This document shows, in pieces, positions 13,081-32,005 of a stretch of DNA of 64,000 bases. A program made the position numbers and the translations under genes. The notes below the pieces were generated by a model that was not told the origin of the DNA, did not search any database, and saw nothing but the letters and a program-made list of their open reading frames with translations. The stretch's first letter is position 1; each line of letters opens with the position of its first letter. Location of the stretch: NCBI RefSeq assembly GCF_009914755.1, contig NC_060928.1. The stretch is one strand, 5' to 3'. This stretch comes from the human T2T-CHM13v2.0 reference genome, Homo sapiens.

Positions 13081-14054
13081 AAAATCTACATGTCCTGTAA
13101 GAAAACTATTTGTTTGGGGACTTTGTGATTGACAGGCATTTCTACTGCCAATGTGTTTCTTCAAGAGCCTCAAGAGACAAAGCAGACATGTTTGACACCT
13201 GGCTAGGTATTGAGCTAACAGACTAACTGGCTACTAGATACTTTCCTTGACAAACTGACTCATTTAAGGCTTAGGGTAGACATTTCAGTGCATCTTTAAA
13301 GGAGGGCTAGTGACTCCACAGCCAGCTAACTCACTACAAGGCTAAAAGAAGATGACATGTTACCAAAATTATGAGGAAATTATACCCACCCTTGGCTGGA
13401 CCAGTTAAACTGTCATCTGAAAACTCATAGCATCTGATAGAGTGGAATATGTTTCTTCATGTCCAACAAGTGTCTTCAAAAAGGATTTGCAGATACAAAA
13501 CAATATTGCTATAGAAAACTATATTGGGAAGATCTTACAAGCAGAAAAGGAAAAGAGTGAACAGAACCTTGTGTTATAATATGAAATAGCTTCCCCTGGG
13601 CATTAGTGGATTACATGCATATTGGCAAACACTTGAGCAGAAAGGAATATTGCCTTAATAATATACCTTACTTAGTTATTGGGACTGGGAAGCAGGAGCA
13701 ATATATTGAGACTATGTAAAAATACATGAGATTATGTAAAAATATATGAGACTCCCAAGAGTTTAAGCTTCTTGGCTAGAAAGTGACTTTGTAGGAAAGG
13801 GGATATTCTGAAACACAATCATTAGTCTCAAACTCTCCCAACATTGAGCTAACTCAGATCTGCTGAGGCAGGTATCTCACTTGCTACCAAAAGAGGAGGG
13901 CAATGAGCTTCCATCACTACCCAAATCAGTCTCTCTTCAGGGATGGTTAAAAACCTACTCATAAAAGTATCTTATGCCTTAGAAGTATATTTTATCTTTT
14001 ATATTTAAATTTATAATTCATCTTGATTGTGTGTGTAGAGTATGAGGAAGTCAA

Positions 14055-14265
14055 TATGTGTGTATATATGTGTATATGTATATATATATACACACATATA
14101 TAAATAGGGATGTGAGTATATTTATGTCTGTAAAGGAGAGGTCCTTGTGTGTGTACACATATACACACATATATAATAACATGCATATATATATTTGTGT
14201 CTGTATATAACATATGTATGTATGTGTGTATACCCTCATAGGTACACATTCATACATAATTTTCA
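14055..14265. repeat. Compound (TA)/(TG)/(CA) low-complexity tract
   Basis: Direct observation. Confidence 0.85.
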
Positions 14266-14454
14266 TATGAATATTCAATTAACACAAAACAGTTACTGAC
14301 AATGCTATCTTTCCTGAGTACACTGCTACTGCAGTGGTACATTTACAAAAAAAATCTATGTATGTAGATTTGTTGCTTGACTTTGTTCTTTGGTTTATTT
14401 GTCCATTCTTCAGCCAATATCATACAATCATATTCACTGTATTTTATATCTCTT

Positions 14455-15447
<993 letters not shown>

Positions 15448-15802
15448 TTCAAGGTGTTTGTAAAGGAAACAGTCTTAGAAAATAAGAGATAGTATCTGTC
15501 ATCAGAGTAAAGTGAAACTACTTAGCTTATACTCTTGGAAGGTGAAGATAGCTACTACCTCTGGAACAAGGAGCAAGAATGCTCACTGTCTGTTATAAAA
15601 GATTCAGGTTCTGTAAACTTAGAATTCATCTCCTGTAATGCAACCTACTGTATGTGCTGGTGTCATCTGGCCCTCTGCTCATCACCTGTGGAATTGGGAC
15701 TTAGGAGACTGACATAAATATGCCAGTGCTGTGGCTACTTTTATTGTTATAAATAATAAAGTCCTGACCCAGGTCTTTAGTGGTTTTGTTTTGTCATGAG
15801 AG

Positions 15803-15819
15803 TCTTTCTTTCTCTCTCC

Positions 15820-15875
<56 letters not shown>

Positions 15876-15883
15876 TTTCTTTC

Positions 15884-15927
<44 letters not shown>

Positions 15928-16243
15928 TTCTTTCTCCCTTCCTTCCTTTCTTTTTTTTTTTTTTTTTGAGACAGTTTCACTGTGTCACCCAGGCTGGAGT
16001 GCAGTGGCATGATCCTGGCTCACTGAAACCTCTGACTCCTGTGGGTTCAAATGATTCTCCTGCCTCAGCCTCCCAAGCAGCTGGGACTATAGGCACCTGC
16101 CACCATACCTGGCTAATTTTTATTTTTAGTAGAGACAGAGTTTCATTATGCTGGCCAGGCTGGTCTTGAACTCCTGACCTCATGATCCACCTGCCTCAGC
16201 TTCCTAAAGTGCTGGGTTACAGGCGTGAGTCACCATAACCAGC
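15803..16243 (-). mobile_element. AluS-like SINE with a long (TTTC)n/poly-T tail
   Basis: Reverse-complement Alu body ~15968-16243; (TTTC)n tract ~15803-15950. Confidence 0.93.
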
Positions 16244-18569
16244 TGATGCTGGCCTTCTAAAATGCAATAAGAAGTACATTCTATTATCCTATTGTCTGAA
16301 AAATTAATCTTAGAATGATTTCTTCTTCAAATGTTTGGTAAAAATCAAATAAAACTCTAAAACTATTTAATAAGTTGATGTTAGTGTCCTTCTTTTATTA
16401 GGCTGGATTATAACATTAGGCCAAAAGTAAAATTTAAGACTGCAAAGCTATACTGATTTTCAGAGATGTGCATAAAAGGAAACCAAAATGAATAAGAAAG
16501 GCAGATATCACTCTGTCTTCACATAGAATATAATCCCATGTTTTAAGTATGTCATTACATGCTTTGCCCAAAATATTTAAATTTTTTGTTGTTTTCAGTA
16601 AGTTGAAGCAAGTCTAATTTCTCATATGCTCTATTTATTGACTGACTTATTAAAATTGAGACAATTATTATCATAATACTATTAATGATAGGGTCTAAGT
16701 ATTTCATTTTCAGAAATCTAAAAGTAATTCTGGTACAATTTCATGGAATGCCATGATAAGAGATTAGATAGATAAGACAGACTTTTTAAACGTACACAAT
16801 GCTAACATTATGGAGTTCTTTTTTGTTACTATTATTTTCTTTTTTTCCAGTTGGAGAATATCCTTATACATTGTTTCTATATTTTTAAAGACACTCCAAT
16901 AGATTACAAAAGCTAAAGATTGATAGAATTTAGTAGTAAATTTAAAAGATAAAGTGTTCCAAAGCAATTTATTAAAGTTGCCCCCCACCATGTCAAACAG
17001 ACATGCCATATAAAAAAGTCCTGAGAAACTGATGCAAAAATCTGAGTGATAAAGCAGTTACTGCATTGCCTACTCTCCTATTGATTTAATTTATAGAGAG
17101 ACAAGGGTGAATGTTCAATCCCACCTCTCCCCAACACATTGCTAAACCAAAGTGTTCCTGCATTTTTTATTTCATACAAGATCTTGACATCCTTTTGAAT
17201 TTATTTTACATACTTGGGGAACATGAATACAACTTCATGCTTTCATCCTTTGATAAGGCATTCATTATGTGCATTAACTGACAGCTGTGAAATTATCTGC
17301 CACTTGTCTTAAATAAAAGAAAATTCAAAATAGATGTGCATTCTGTACTTAGGCAAATTTCACAGAATCTTCTTTAATTCAAATTTCTCTAGATGCTTCT
17401 TTTTATATAGGCTTTAAGTACAGTGAATATGTTCAGTCATTACTACATATTGAGTGTCTGATGGTTTCTGAAAACTCAGGAGGCAGTCCACATTTTTCTC
17501 ACTTGTTTTTAGTATAAGTAGGTTTGGCAGCTCTATATGAGCTTTTGCATCTTAGAAAATCTCCATGTCTATTGCATTTCATTGTATATTAGTGTTGCTT
17601 TTAAAGTTTCTTTAATATTCATTTTGCCATTTAAATCAAAATTGTCCAAAAAGGAATCACTAGTGAGCACAATATTTGCAGCCATGAAAGTTGGTGACAC
17701 TTTAAAGATCCTTTTGAGGACACTTATGAAAAATAACTAGTGGGAAAATAACATTTTCCTTGGGAAAGGAAATGTGGAAAACCCTCTTCTGGACATTTAA
17801 CTGTGGAAGATCCTATCATCTTTTCACCTATAATTTACGTTTCCTTAGCAGCTAACTACAGTAAACAAAGTAACAGCTGATCAATGGAGTAAAGGAATAC
17901 TCAAACCACAGTTTCCATTGCTTGGACAAAAACTTTCTTTAGAACATGATCACGTAATTTATTAAATTAATATGTGCGTTCATATTCGAGATGTACATAT
18001 TAGACATATAAATAAATAGTAGAGATCCATGTTTTAAGGATGAAATCAGTAAAAGGATATAACAGGACATGATGGCTTTTTTACTTGACTTATTTTATTC
18101 AATTGGTACATAGATATATACCTAAGTAAAAGTATAGGAAAAAGTCAGTTATACGACTTAACATCTGTGGTTCCCGGATTTGGAGGGCATAAACCGGCCC
18201 TGAGTAATGTGTCTGTTAAGACAATGACTTAAATCCTTACAGGATACTGCTTTAATTCAGAATTTGCCTTAGTTTGTGTGTTTGTGGGTGTTGACTAAAT
18301 ATTAGTGCTTATGTTGTGTTGTTATTTTATTATTATTATTGCATTTATAGTTAATAGAAGTAAAGACATGAACAAATAATCCCAGAGACAAATATAGAAA
18401 TACAATAAAACAGAGGTGTGTTTCAGTGAGAGAATATAATAAAGGGGAATGAAATCTGGGGAGAGGTAATGAAATATTTTTAAATGGAGAATTTAATTTA
18501 ATTAAATATTAAAAGCCTCAATTTTCAAGACCAATTTAAATTTAAAATGAACTTATAAAATAATAATAT

Positions 18570-19100
18570 TTTTATAAGATGAGATATTTCTTGAATGAAG
18601 CATAAAAAACACAAACATTAAAGAAAAATATTGACACATTTGATTTCATAATAATGAACAATTTCTCTTCCTAAAAATGTACCAGAAAGCTAAAATATAA
18701 TCTCAGACTTAGAGATATTTGCAAGAATTTGTATTCAGTATGCATTGAAAGCTAAACATTAACACAAGTTAACACAGTAAACAAGCAAAATATTAAATTG
18801 GGCAATTCATAGAAAAGCCTAATAATCATTTGAAATGAGATAGAATTTTCTAGAATCAGGAGAATGTCACTAAAAACCTAGTAATAACATTTCATACTAA
18901 GTGTTAACAAAGATGCTGAGAAAAAATCACCCCTTTTATTCTGCTAAGGAATTTATGAACTGGTCCAGTGACTTTAGACAGTAATATAAATAATTCTTTA
19001 AAAAATTAAAGATGGTCATACATCTTATATTATCCAGACATACATATGTAGGCAAAGAGAAATATACTACATTGTTCATATCAGTATTTTTTTAACACCC
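18570..19100 (+). mobile_element. Ancient L1 (L1ME/L1M5-like) 3' fragment
   Basis: Weak similarity to the L1 ORF2 3' region (aaagaaaaatattgacacatttgatttcataa...gagatatttgcaa). Confidence 0.55.
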
Positions 19101-19199
19101 AAGAAAAGGTTGGACGGCAGGAATGCAGGGAAGGAGAGAGAAAAGAAGAAAGTTAAAATCCTAAATGTAATTTTTACAAAAATGAATAAATGTTTGGAA

Positions 19200-21165
19200 C
19201 AGGTTGGCAAAATAAGACATCTCAAGTTTCATTACCTCCCACAGAAATTTCAACGAGCAATTACCCACAATCAAGAACATACCTGTGGAAACCCAAAAAC
19301 TCAGGAATAAGCCTGAGATACCTGTGTGGACCATGGAACTGAATAAACTCTGCAAGAAAGGGTAAGAGAATAAATGGTCTTTTTAACCACACCACCCTTC
19401 TCTCTCACCAAAGTTGGCACAGTCCCAGAGAGGATTTCCAAGGGCTCAAGGCTTTTTCAGTGGGAAAGAGAACTGGAAGCAGACATCCAGCTTCCGTAGT
19501 GTTTCCAGATGTTTCCCAGGGAGCTCACTCCTATCTCACTTTATGAGGAACCGAGGAGTTAATGACAGGGCTAGACCACCTGAAATCAGGTAAAAACAAA
19601 GCAAAGAGGTGGAGTTCACATCAGCCAGCTCACAGGCCCCAGTGGTAGGTAGCTCAGTGTAACTGCCTATGGTGGTACCTAATCTAAGATGACAACCAGC
19701 AGCCTAGCACATCTACAAAGCTGAGATGATCACTCCCAGAAGTAGTGGGAAGTTCTAACTGGCTTGAATTCCTAGACTGCCAGCCTCAAGGCCCATCTTC
19801 AAACTTTACTCAAGGCCCTTTGCAGGAAATAATTGTTTGCTGCAAAGCAATTTGTCAAAAGCAGGGGCGAGTTCTGATATCTTGGAGTTTAAATAGACCT
19901 CAAGACCTCACTCAGGAAAGGAGATGACCACCATTGTACATTTCAGCAAAGAGCATGGGTTAGTTTGGTCACATCCTGGAGTTTAAATGTGCTTAGCTCA
20001 GCCTTATAGCCCAGCAGTAAGTCCTACCTAGGCAGGTTTGTAAACCTCAACTGTGCATTTCTACTGAGCACAGCAGCTCATCTCATCCATCCAAGTAGTG
20101 ACATTCCCTAACTGTAAGGCCTTAGAACTCTATCAAACTGCAGATCTCAAATAGCAGTACCACCTGGCCAGAGAATACACCCTGTAGCCTCACTCAGTCA
20201 GAGGTGATTGCAGTGACCAGCTATGAGCTCCACATGATTGCAGAGCTCAGCTAGCAGTTTTGGCTGAGAGCAAAACTCAGCCAGCAGCTGCATCCAATGA
20301 GAGCAAAGGCAGTGGCACAACTATCTAGGGAACCAAAAAGAAAGCCCTGCCTGCCCAGGGTTATTACCAACTGGCCCAACTAGAATTGTAGGCTAAATAG
20401 AGAAGGCTATTCCTGCCAAGGAACATCTGAAAAAGCCTGAAGAGATGGTTGTTTCCTCAAATATGCAGACACCAACACAAGGAAACAGGAGTATAAAAAC
20501 TGAAGAAATCACGACACCTCCAAAAGAATATAGCAAAAGTCCAGTGACTGACCCTGAAGTAATGAAACTCTCCAAAATAACAAAGAATTCAGAATAATCC
20601 TCCTGAAGTTTAGTGAACTACAAAAACATATGGAAAAAAAATTAAGTGCGCTTTGGAATACAATACATGCACAAATGAGAAATTCAACAAAGAAATAGAA
20701 ACAATTAAAAAAACACAAATAGAAATTCTAGAGATGAAGATTGAAATGATTGAACTAAAAACATGCAAGAGAAAGCTTCATTGACAAGCTCAATCGAGCA
20801 GAAGTATCAGCTGGAAGACAGAACATATGAAATTATCCAGTCAGAAGAATCAAAAGGAAAAAAAATAAAAAGAACAAAGAAAGCTTTTGATAATATGGGA
20901 CACTATTAGGAGACTTAATTTTTGTATAAGAATTTCAGAAGGAAAAGGCAAATTTAAATAAATAATGGTTGAAAACTTCCCAAATCTGGGAAAAGATGCC
21001 AATATCCAGATATAGGAAGGCCAGAGTTCTCCAATCAAATTTAACCTTTTTTGGAATTAGCCACAGCACATAGTAATCAAACTATAAAAAAATTAGGACA
21101 AAGAAAAAGTTCTGAAAGCAGCAAAAGATAAGACAAATAACATACAAGAGAGACTAAAAGAAGAC
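19200..21165 (+). mobile_element. Old L1M 5' UTR and decayed ORF1 fragment
   Basis: GC-richer UTR-like block, then ORF1-like sequence from ~20463 (acacctccaaaagaa, gaaaacttcccaaatctgggaaaaga, gttctgaaagcagca). Confidence 0.8.
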
Positions 21166-21353
21166 TGGTATTCTCAGATGGAGCTTAAGGGGCAGAGGTT
21201 TGAGATAAGGACGGCCTAGTAGGTAGCTAGGAAGATCATGCATCGTCTTGCTAGCTATGCTGAGAGAGTTTTATTCTCAGAGCTTTGTAGAAATTTTGAA
21301 GAAATTTAGGTAGAAAAGTGATGTGATCACATTTTTCTTAGTAAAACAACATT

Positions 21354-21946
21354 TAGTCAGTTCTCCAGAGTTGTATGTTCCTTATCTGTGGAATAAAAAA
21401 TATTTAAAAATTAGAAAAACATAACAACATACCAATAAAATAATACAAACATAAACACAATGCAGTGTAACAACTATTTATGTATCATTTACATTGCATT
21501 AGGTACTATAAGTGACCTAGAGATAGTTTCAAGTATACAGTAGGAATGATCTAGAAATAATTTAACGTATGTAGGAGTTACACATCCTCCTGTATACTTT
21601 AATGCTATGTAAATCTGTCATTGGTTGAATTCACAAATGTAGAACCTACAACTCTGGAGAACTGACTATATGTTGTCTTACTAAGAAAAATGTGATCATA
21701 TAACTTTTCCATCTAAATTTCTTCAAAATATCTACAAATCTCTGAGAATAAAACTCTCTAAGCTCAGCATACCTTATAGAAAATGATTTTGCATTTGCAT
21801 AGTTTATATTTGCATATATATATATTTGCATATATAAACTATGCAAATATGACATCATTTTCTATAAGGCACTTAAGCATTCATGCATTTTTTGGTATCT
21901 GTGGGGGTCTTGGAACCAGTCTTTAACAGATACTTAGAGATGATTG
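21354..21946 (+). mobile_element. MER2-type Tigger element carrying an internal inverted rearrangement
   Basis: MER2-like body (aacaactatttat...atttacattgcattaggtactataagtgacctagagat) and 3' end (ttttggtatctgtgggggtcttggaacc...gatgattg+TA). Confidence 0.8.
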
Positions 21947-23675
21947 TATCCTCAATTAGATGGTTTAATACTGTTTTCCTTCTGCCTAATTTCATGTATA
22001 TATCTAAATTTCATATAATCTTGCATATATAATATAACTTTGTAAAATCATATACAAAAGTAGAAGACCAACGGAAATATAAGGTTTGCTTATTACTTCA
22101 ACTGGGGGTTTTCCAGCACATTAGCTGGAATTTCTAGTAGCCAATAGATTATTCACTTAAGGCCATTCATCTCCCTGGCGTAAAGTCATTTCAAGAATTT
22201 GCATACTCAAACATTCTTTTCTCTATAAAGCTATAAATTGAGCAAAATCATCGTTGTCTTCCTGGTCCCATTAAGCATTTGTTCCAATTTTGATTTCAAA
22301 ATATGAGAAAGGGTGATTTATGGATCATTCCTTAAAACAACTTTTCACATTTGTTTTAATCCTATGTTACATAAAGGTAGCTTTCTTAATTCAGCTGAAC
22401 ATTCCTCATAAATAGAAACTATGTTTTTTGTATCTTTTTTATTCTTCAAACACTAACATTTAGAATAATCTGTTTTATAGTGGGTGCTAAAAATGTTATC
22501 CGTCTACCAAAATGTCTTGTATTAATAGATACACTTCAATCCTCAAGTTGTTTGTATAGTACTTTGGGGAAAAAGTGTCCCTGACTCATTTGCTTCACAT
22601 AACACAGTTTTCATAATTTCTGCTTTAGCTTTCTAGTCAGAGACATAAATGCACTATAAACTACTTAATGACTGACAAACCTTCCAATGGAGCCGAACCC
22701 ACTTTGTTTTCTGTCTCATACTTCTTCAGCAAGTATACGACTGTTTGAGGCACATAACAAAACTTAACATTCATGACAGATTATCTCATACATCATTAGA
22801 ACTGTCACATTGTTGTAGTGTTGAAGTAATAGATCTTTGGTGCAAAGGCACCGTCATGATATATGACTCAAAAGGTGGGCTCTTCTGAACAGTCCATTCA
22901 GGTTAATAAGAATCTTGCCAATTGCTTGCAAACATAAATTTTCCAAGTGACATCTTATGCCAGATCCAATGCCACCTCCATACAATAAAAAAAATGCACA
23001 AACTACTTGTTTTATAAAGGTTGTGAAAACATGCTATGAAATACTACATACAAATATATCGCCATGAAAAATTGTACAATTTTAGAGATTAATTTAACAA
23101 ATCTATACATTTAAAAATGTTAAAATTAGCAAGACAATGAATATTTTAGAGTTCATAAACTATCTTATGTTTATGCTTTTCAGTCTTCTATAATTACTTA
23201 TAAATATATACAATACCCCAGTGTACTAAGAAATTTAATAAATTATCTTTTCAAATATAATGTTGTGAAAAGCATACTATAATTTTTTTCAATATATACT
23301 CTTTTCTTTCCTTCGAATATCCAATCCATTGTATTTGGTTCATTATTTGATATTATTTTAAAAAAAGTATTGATTCTGCAAGGCTTTTTATTGAATTAAG
23401 ACCTGTTACCCATTGTTTATTTTACCAGACATGTTACACTAACCAAATTGAAATTGTTCATGTATACATGACTGAGTCATATTTCTACTCGTTTAAATAC
23501 ACTTATTAAAGGAATATACTCAGCCTTTTTTTCTAGTGTGTGTTATGACTTTATTATGAAGTGGATGTTACTGAAAATAAAGTACCTTTTTCCCTGTCAA
23601 CTCCTTATATTATTTTCATCTTACATGGAACTTTAATTAGCTCCAAGCCACTTTTTTCACCTTCATTTAATTCCT

Positions 23676-27872
<4,197 letters not shown>

Positions 27873-30800
27873 TGACAAATTAAGGTCAATCCAAACACTA
27901 ACAGTGTTGGTTTTATACAACACCTGATTTGTTGTGTTCTATCTCCTTAAATATGTCAGTCTTATTTTGAATATTATTATTAATATTCAGGTATTAGTAT
28001 GGTCAAGAGTATGCCAAACACAAATTTAAAAATATTTCATTCTTTCACAAAGGATAAGAATCCCTGGTGATGAAAAAATAATTATTCTACCACATTTTCC
28101 TCTGTCTCCCTCCCTGCTCAACTGGCAGGCTCTTGCTCTCCCAACTATATCTCTACTTCTTACTGCCCCTCACAAGAGTGAATCAGAAACTAAGCAGGCT
28201 TCTCAATACACAGACAACAGTTCTTCAACCAATAGCATTTCCAAAAATATATTAATGAAAAGGAAAGATGGAAAAGGCCTCAAATATTATAAATATCTAT
28301 ATCTATATCCACATATACCTAATTATTTATCTATTAGAACTATCACCAAATTATTTAAGGCCCTATCTAATTTATTTTATTCCTTAACACCTAACATATA
28401 TTAAGCTACTTGGACAAATTATGACTTTCAACAAGCCTGTGGTTTCATATAATGGTTTAAAAGTGTGATGATAATACCCATGGTAAACAGCTTTTTATGT
28501 TTTGAACATTTTAAAGTGTCTGTACTTAAAAAAATATAGTAAATGATTATAAAATTAAACAAATATTTTACTCTTAAACATTAATAACTTTATAGAGACA
28601 AAATACTTTATTTTTCTCTGAGACCAATGGTTTCTTTATTTGTATTTTCAAAAATTGCACTGTATCATTTGGACAAAATCACATATTTTATGTGTTAATA
28701 TAATCTCAGGCCAGAGAAATATTGTATTTTATTTATTTCTACATATGCATAGTTCCTATCATTACAAACAGACCTTGAGTCCACTTGCTCTAATGCATAT
28801 AACACCATTAAGTAATACAAAAAATTAGAAATGTAAAAGCAGTGATAAGAATAACAGTTCAATATCAAAACGAGACAGATTTTAGACCCTAAAAACCAAA
28901 ACATTTTACACAAGTACAAACTTTATTTACAATTTGACTCAATCTTCTTATCATGTAAATCTAATAAATACAAATTGTGAAACTCCCAGATTCTACAATA
29001 TAAAGCTTGTTACTTTGTCATCATAGGTAGATGTTTTGGTAGTACAAGAGAAAGTCTACTTATGGGTCCTCATAAAGAGATCAGATATTCACCAATATAT
29101 TTCTTACTAACATTTATCTAAAAAATTCCTCTCTTAAATTTGCTTTTTATAAAATTTCTCAATAAAAACCTAGGGATAAACAATCTGGAAAATGGATTTT
29201 TGTCTATTTACTACTTTCCACACTTCTATGACCAAATACCCCTTTGCTTTCTATATTTTTTTATTGTTTATAGTGTTCTACTGTGTCATTTTTATACTTA
29301 AATTTTTACAATGGGCTTATAGTTTTTCTAGTGCTAATTTTGTATGTTTGAGAGACATTGTTCAGTTGCTTTCTTTCAAAAGTATAATCAAAATTTTCAG
29401 CAGCATTTATGCAATAAAATATATTTTCTGTAAATTATAGTTTAATATAACCATATCTTAAGACACATATACGCATGTTTTATTGGTAGTTTCTAACCCT
29501 TTTATAATGATTTTTCTCTTTGAGTGCTAATCTTATATAATATTTTGAGCAGTATTTTATCCTCCCCAATTATTAGTTTTAAAATTATATTGGGAAACTT
29601 GTAATCATTGTTCTACCATATTAACCTATTGTTCAGTTTCACCCTCAAAAAAGCCCAGTTGGAATTCTCATTAAAATTTTGTTCCACACCAAATGTCCTG
29701 ACATGCGTGTACACTGTATGTCTAAGTCAATGTATGGATATCGCTACATAATAAAAGTATTATGATTGCCCTTTTGTACAGTTTTATGTTGTTATTTTTC
29801 AATTTATTGCAATTTATTGTCAGTATTTCCTTTTAAATAATAAGAAAAAATTTTGTTTTAACATTTTTCTTCTGGTAAAGATTTTATTCTTTTCATAAGT
29901 GGATAATGAAAGTTCTTACTTCTACATAATTTTAAATTTCTATTTTAACTTTTTTACTGCATATATGTACATATTCACTTATTTTATGATTCTATGATTT
30001 TTTAGAAGTCTAAGTAAAAATTAAATACTGAACAAGATTATTCGTGTGGAGACAGCAATGTAATAAAATTTGTTTGCATGCATCAGAGAAAAAGAATGAA
30101 ATATAGTGTTGACAACTGCTTATTAAAGTAAGGGAGCTTAATAAAGACTAACCTGAATTGATTTCCATACCAATTCTGCACAGTGGTGAGCTGAGAATGT
30201 ACATAATAAAGACCTAAATTATCCTCAGGTAACCCCTGGGTTTCTGCTGCTCTCTTCCCTGAAACCAAAAATGGAGGAGGAAGAGAATGAAGAAGAGAAA
30301 AATAAGAGGAGGAGGATTAATCATATAAATATCAAGCTCACATTTTTTAGAATATGAATTCCCTGAATAGTTTAGCTCAGAGTCAAAATAATTCACATCA
30401 GCCATAAAATACATAACGAAATATAGAAACAGAATGAATCATAAATATGCACCCATGACACCATTAATTTTGACAAGTGGTTCTTCCAAGGAAACTAATT
30501 AGAATAAATTAGCTCTAAAATGAACCTGTTACTAACTACATGCTTTGAACCACTATGCAGAATTTTTAGAATAAGTCAATTTAATTTGGGACTACTCATG
30601 CCAAAAACAAATTTTAGTTCTAGAATAATTGATCTAATTATTAATCTCTACAAGCATTTACATATCATAAAATATCTACTTTAATAATTTCTGTCTAAAA
30701 CCATAAATCAGTTAGTGACCAACAATTGTAATTTTATTCAGGGGAATGAGAGGCATACATCCAAATCATGGAAATGCAATTTTAAATCAAAGAGAAGATG

Positions 30801-31397
30801 TTATGATGAAACAAGCCAAATCACATCCTATTTTACACTAATCAAAAATTTTACTTAATCAGTATACTGTGCATTTAAAAAAAAATTATAAGCTCTACAT
30901 GAGTTTTTTTCTCTTTTGAAGATTTTAATTATTTTAATGTAACCCATATCCATTTAATAATGATTGAATAGCCTAAATGTATGAATAATATTTTGTTATA
31001 TATCTTTAATGAAAACAGATGTTAAGTGGCTATTCTTCGGAGTTTTACATATTGTGGGTCTTGAGTTCAAAGGCAATTTCTGAAGAATATTTTCAGTATT
31101 TCTACATTTAAAATGTCAACTTTCTTAGTGTCATATCTTACACATGATACCCTATCCCCTGACTGTGCTGCCAAATTACAGAATAATATATGGGAGTAAC
31201 TGAAAAATCTTGAGGCTAAATTTATTAAATGTGATCTTTAAGCCACACAACAAGATACACAGTGAAAATTACGTGAAGTTTTGAAATTGCACACAAATAT
31301 TACAGTTTGGGTAAATTTGTCAATTTCAAATATACACATGTGTATATATATATATAAATTATATTTTATTCAGTATAATTAATTATAATTTAGTGTG

Positions 31398-31695
<298 letters not shown>

Positions 31696-31809
31696 TAAAA
31701 TTTAGTTTTGTTGATAAAACTACTTGATACTGAAATGTCGAACAGTTAAAGGATGTGTGCCAATGAAATCAAGATGACTTTTAATTTTCCTGATAAGTAT
31801 ATATTTACT

Positions 31810-32005
31810 TAATACATGCTATGTGTCTCTAAATTATTTCCATATTTCAATTAATTTAATTCTTATCACAAACCTGCAAAGTAGCTATAATATTAAGCTA
31901 ACTTTATAGATTGTGAAACTGAGCCACAGAGTTTAGTAACTCGTCCAAGGTCAAACAAGTAGTTCACTGAAAAAGAAATAAATTCAGGCATGTGGTTATG
32001 GAGAC
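31810..32005 (-). mobile_element. MIR SINE
   Basis: MIR core: tttatagattgtgaaactgagccacagag...taactcgtccaaggtca. Confidence 0.75.

Noticed and set aside
13992-14278. Tyr/Ile/His-rich ORFs
   Set aside because: Translation of TA/CA microsatellite.
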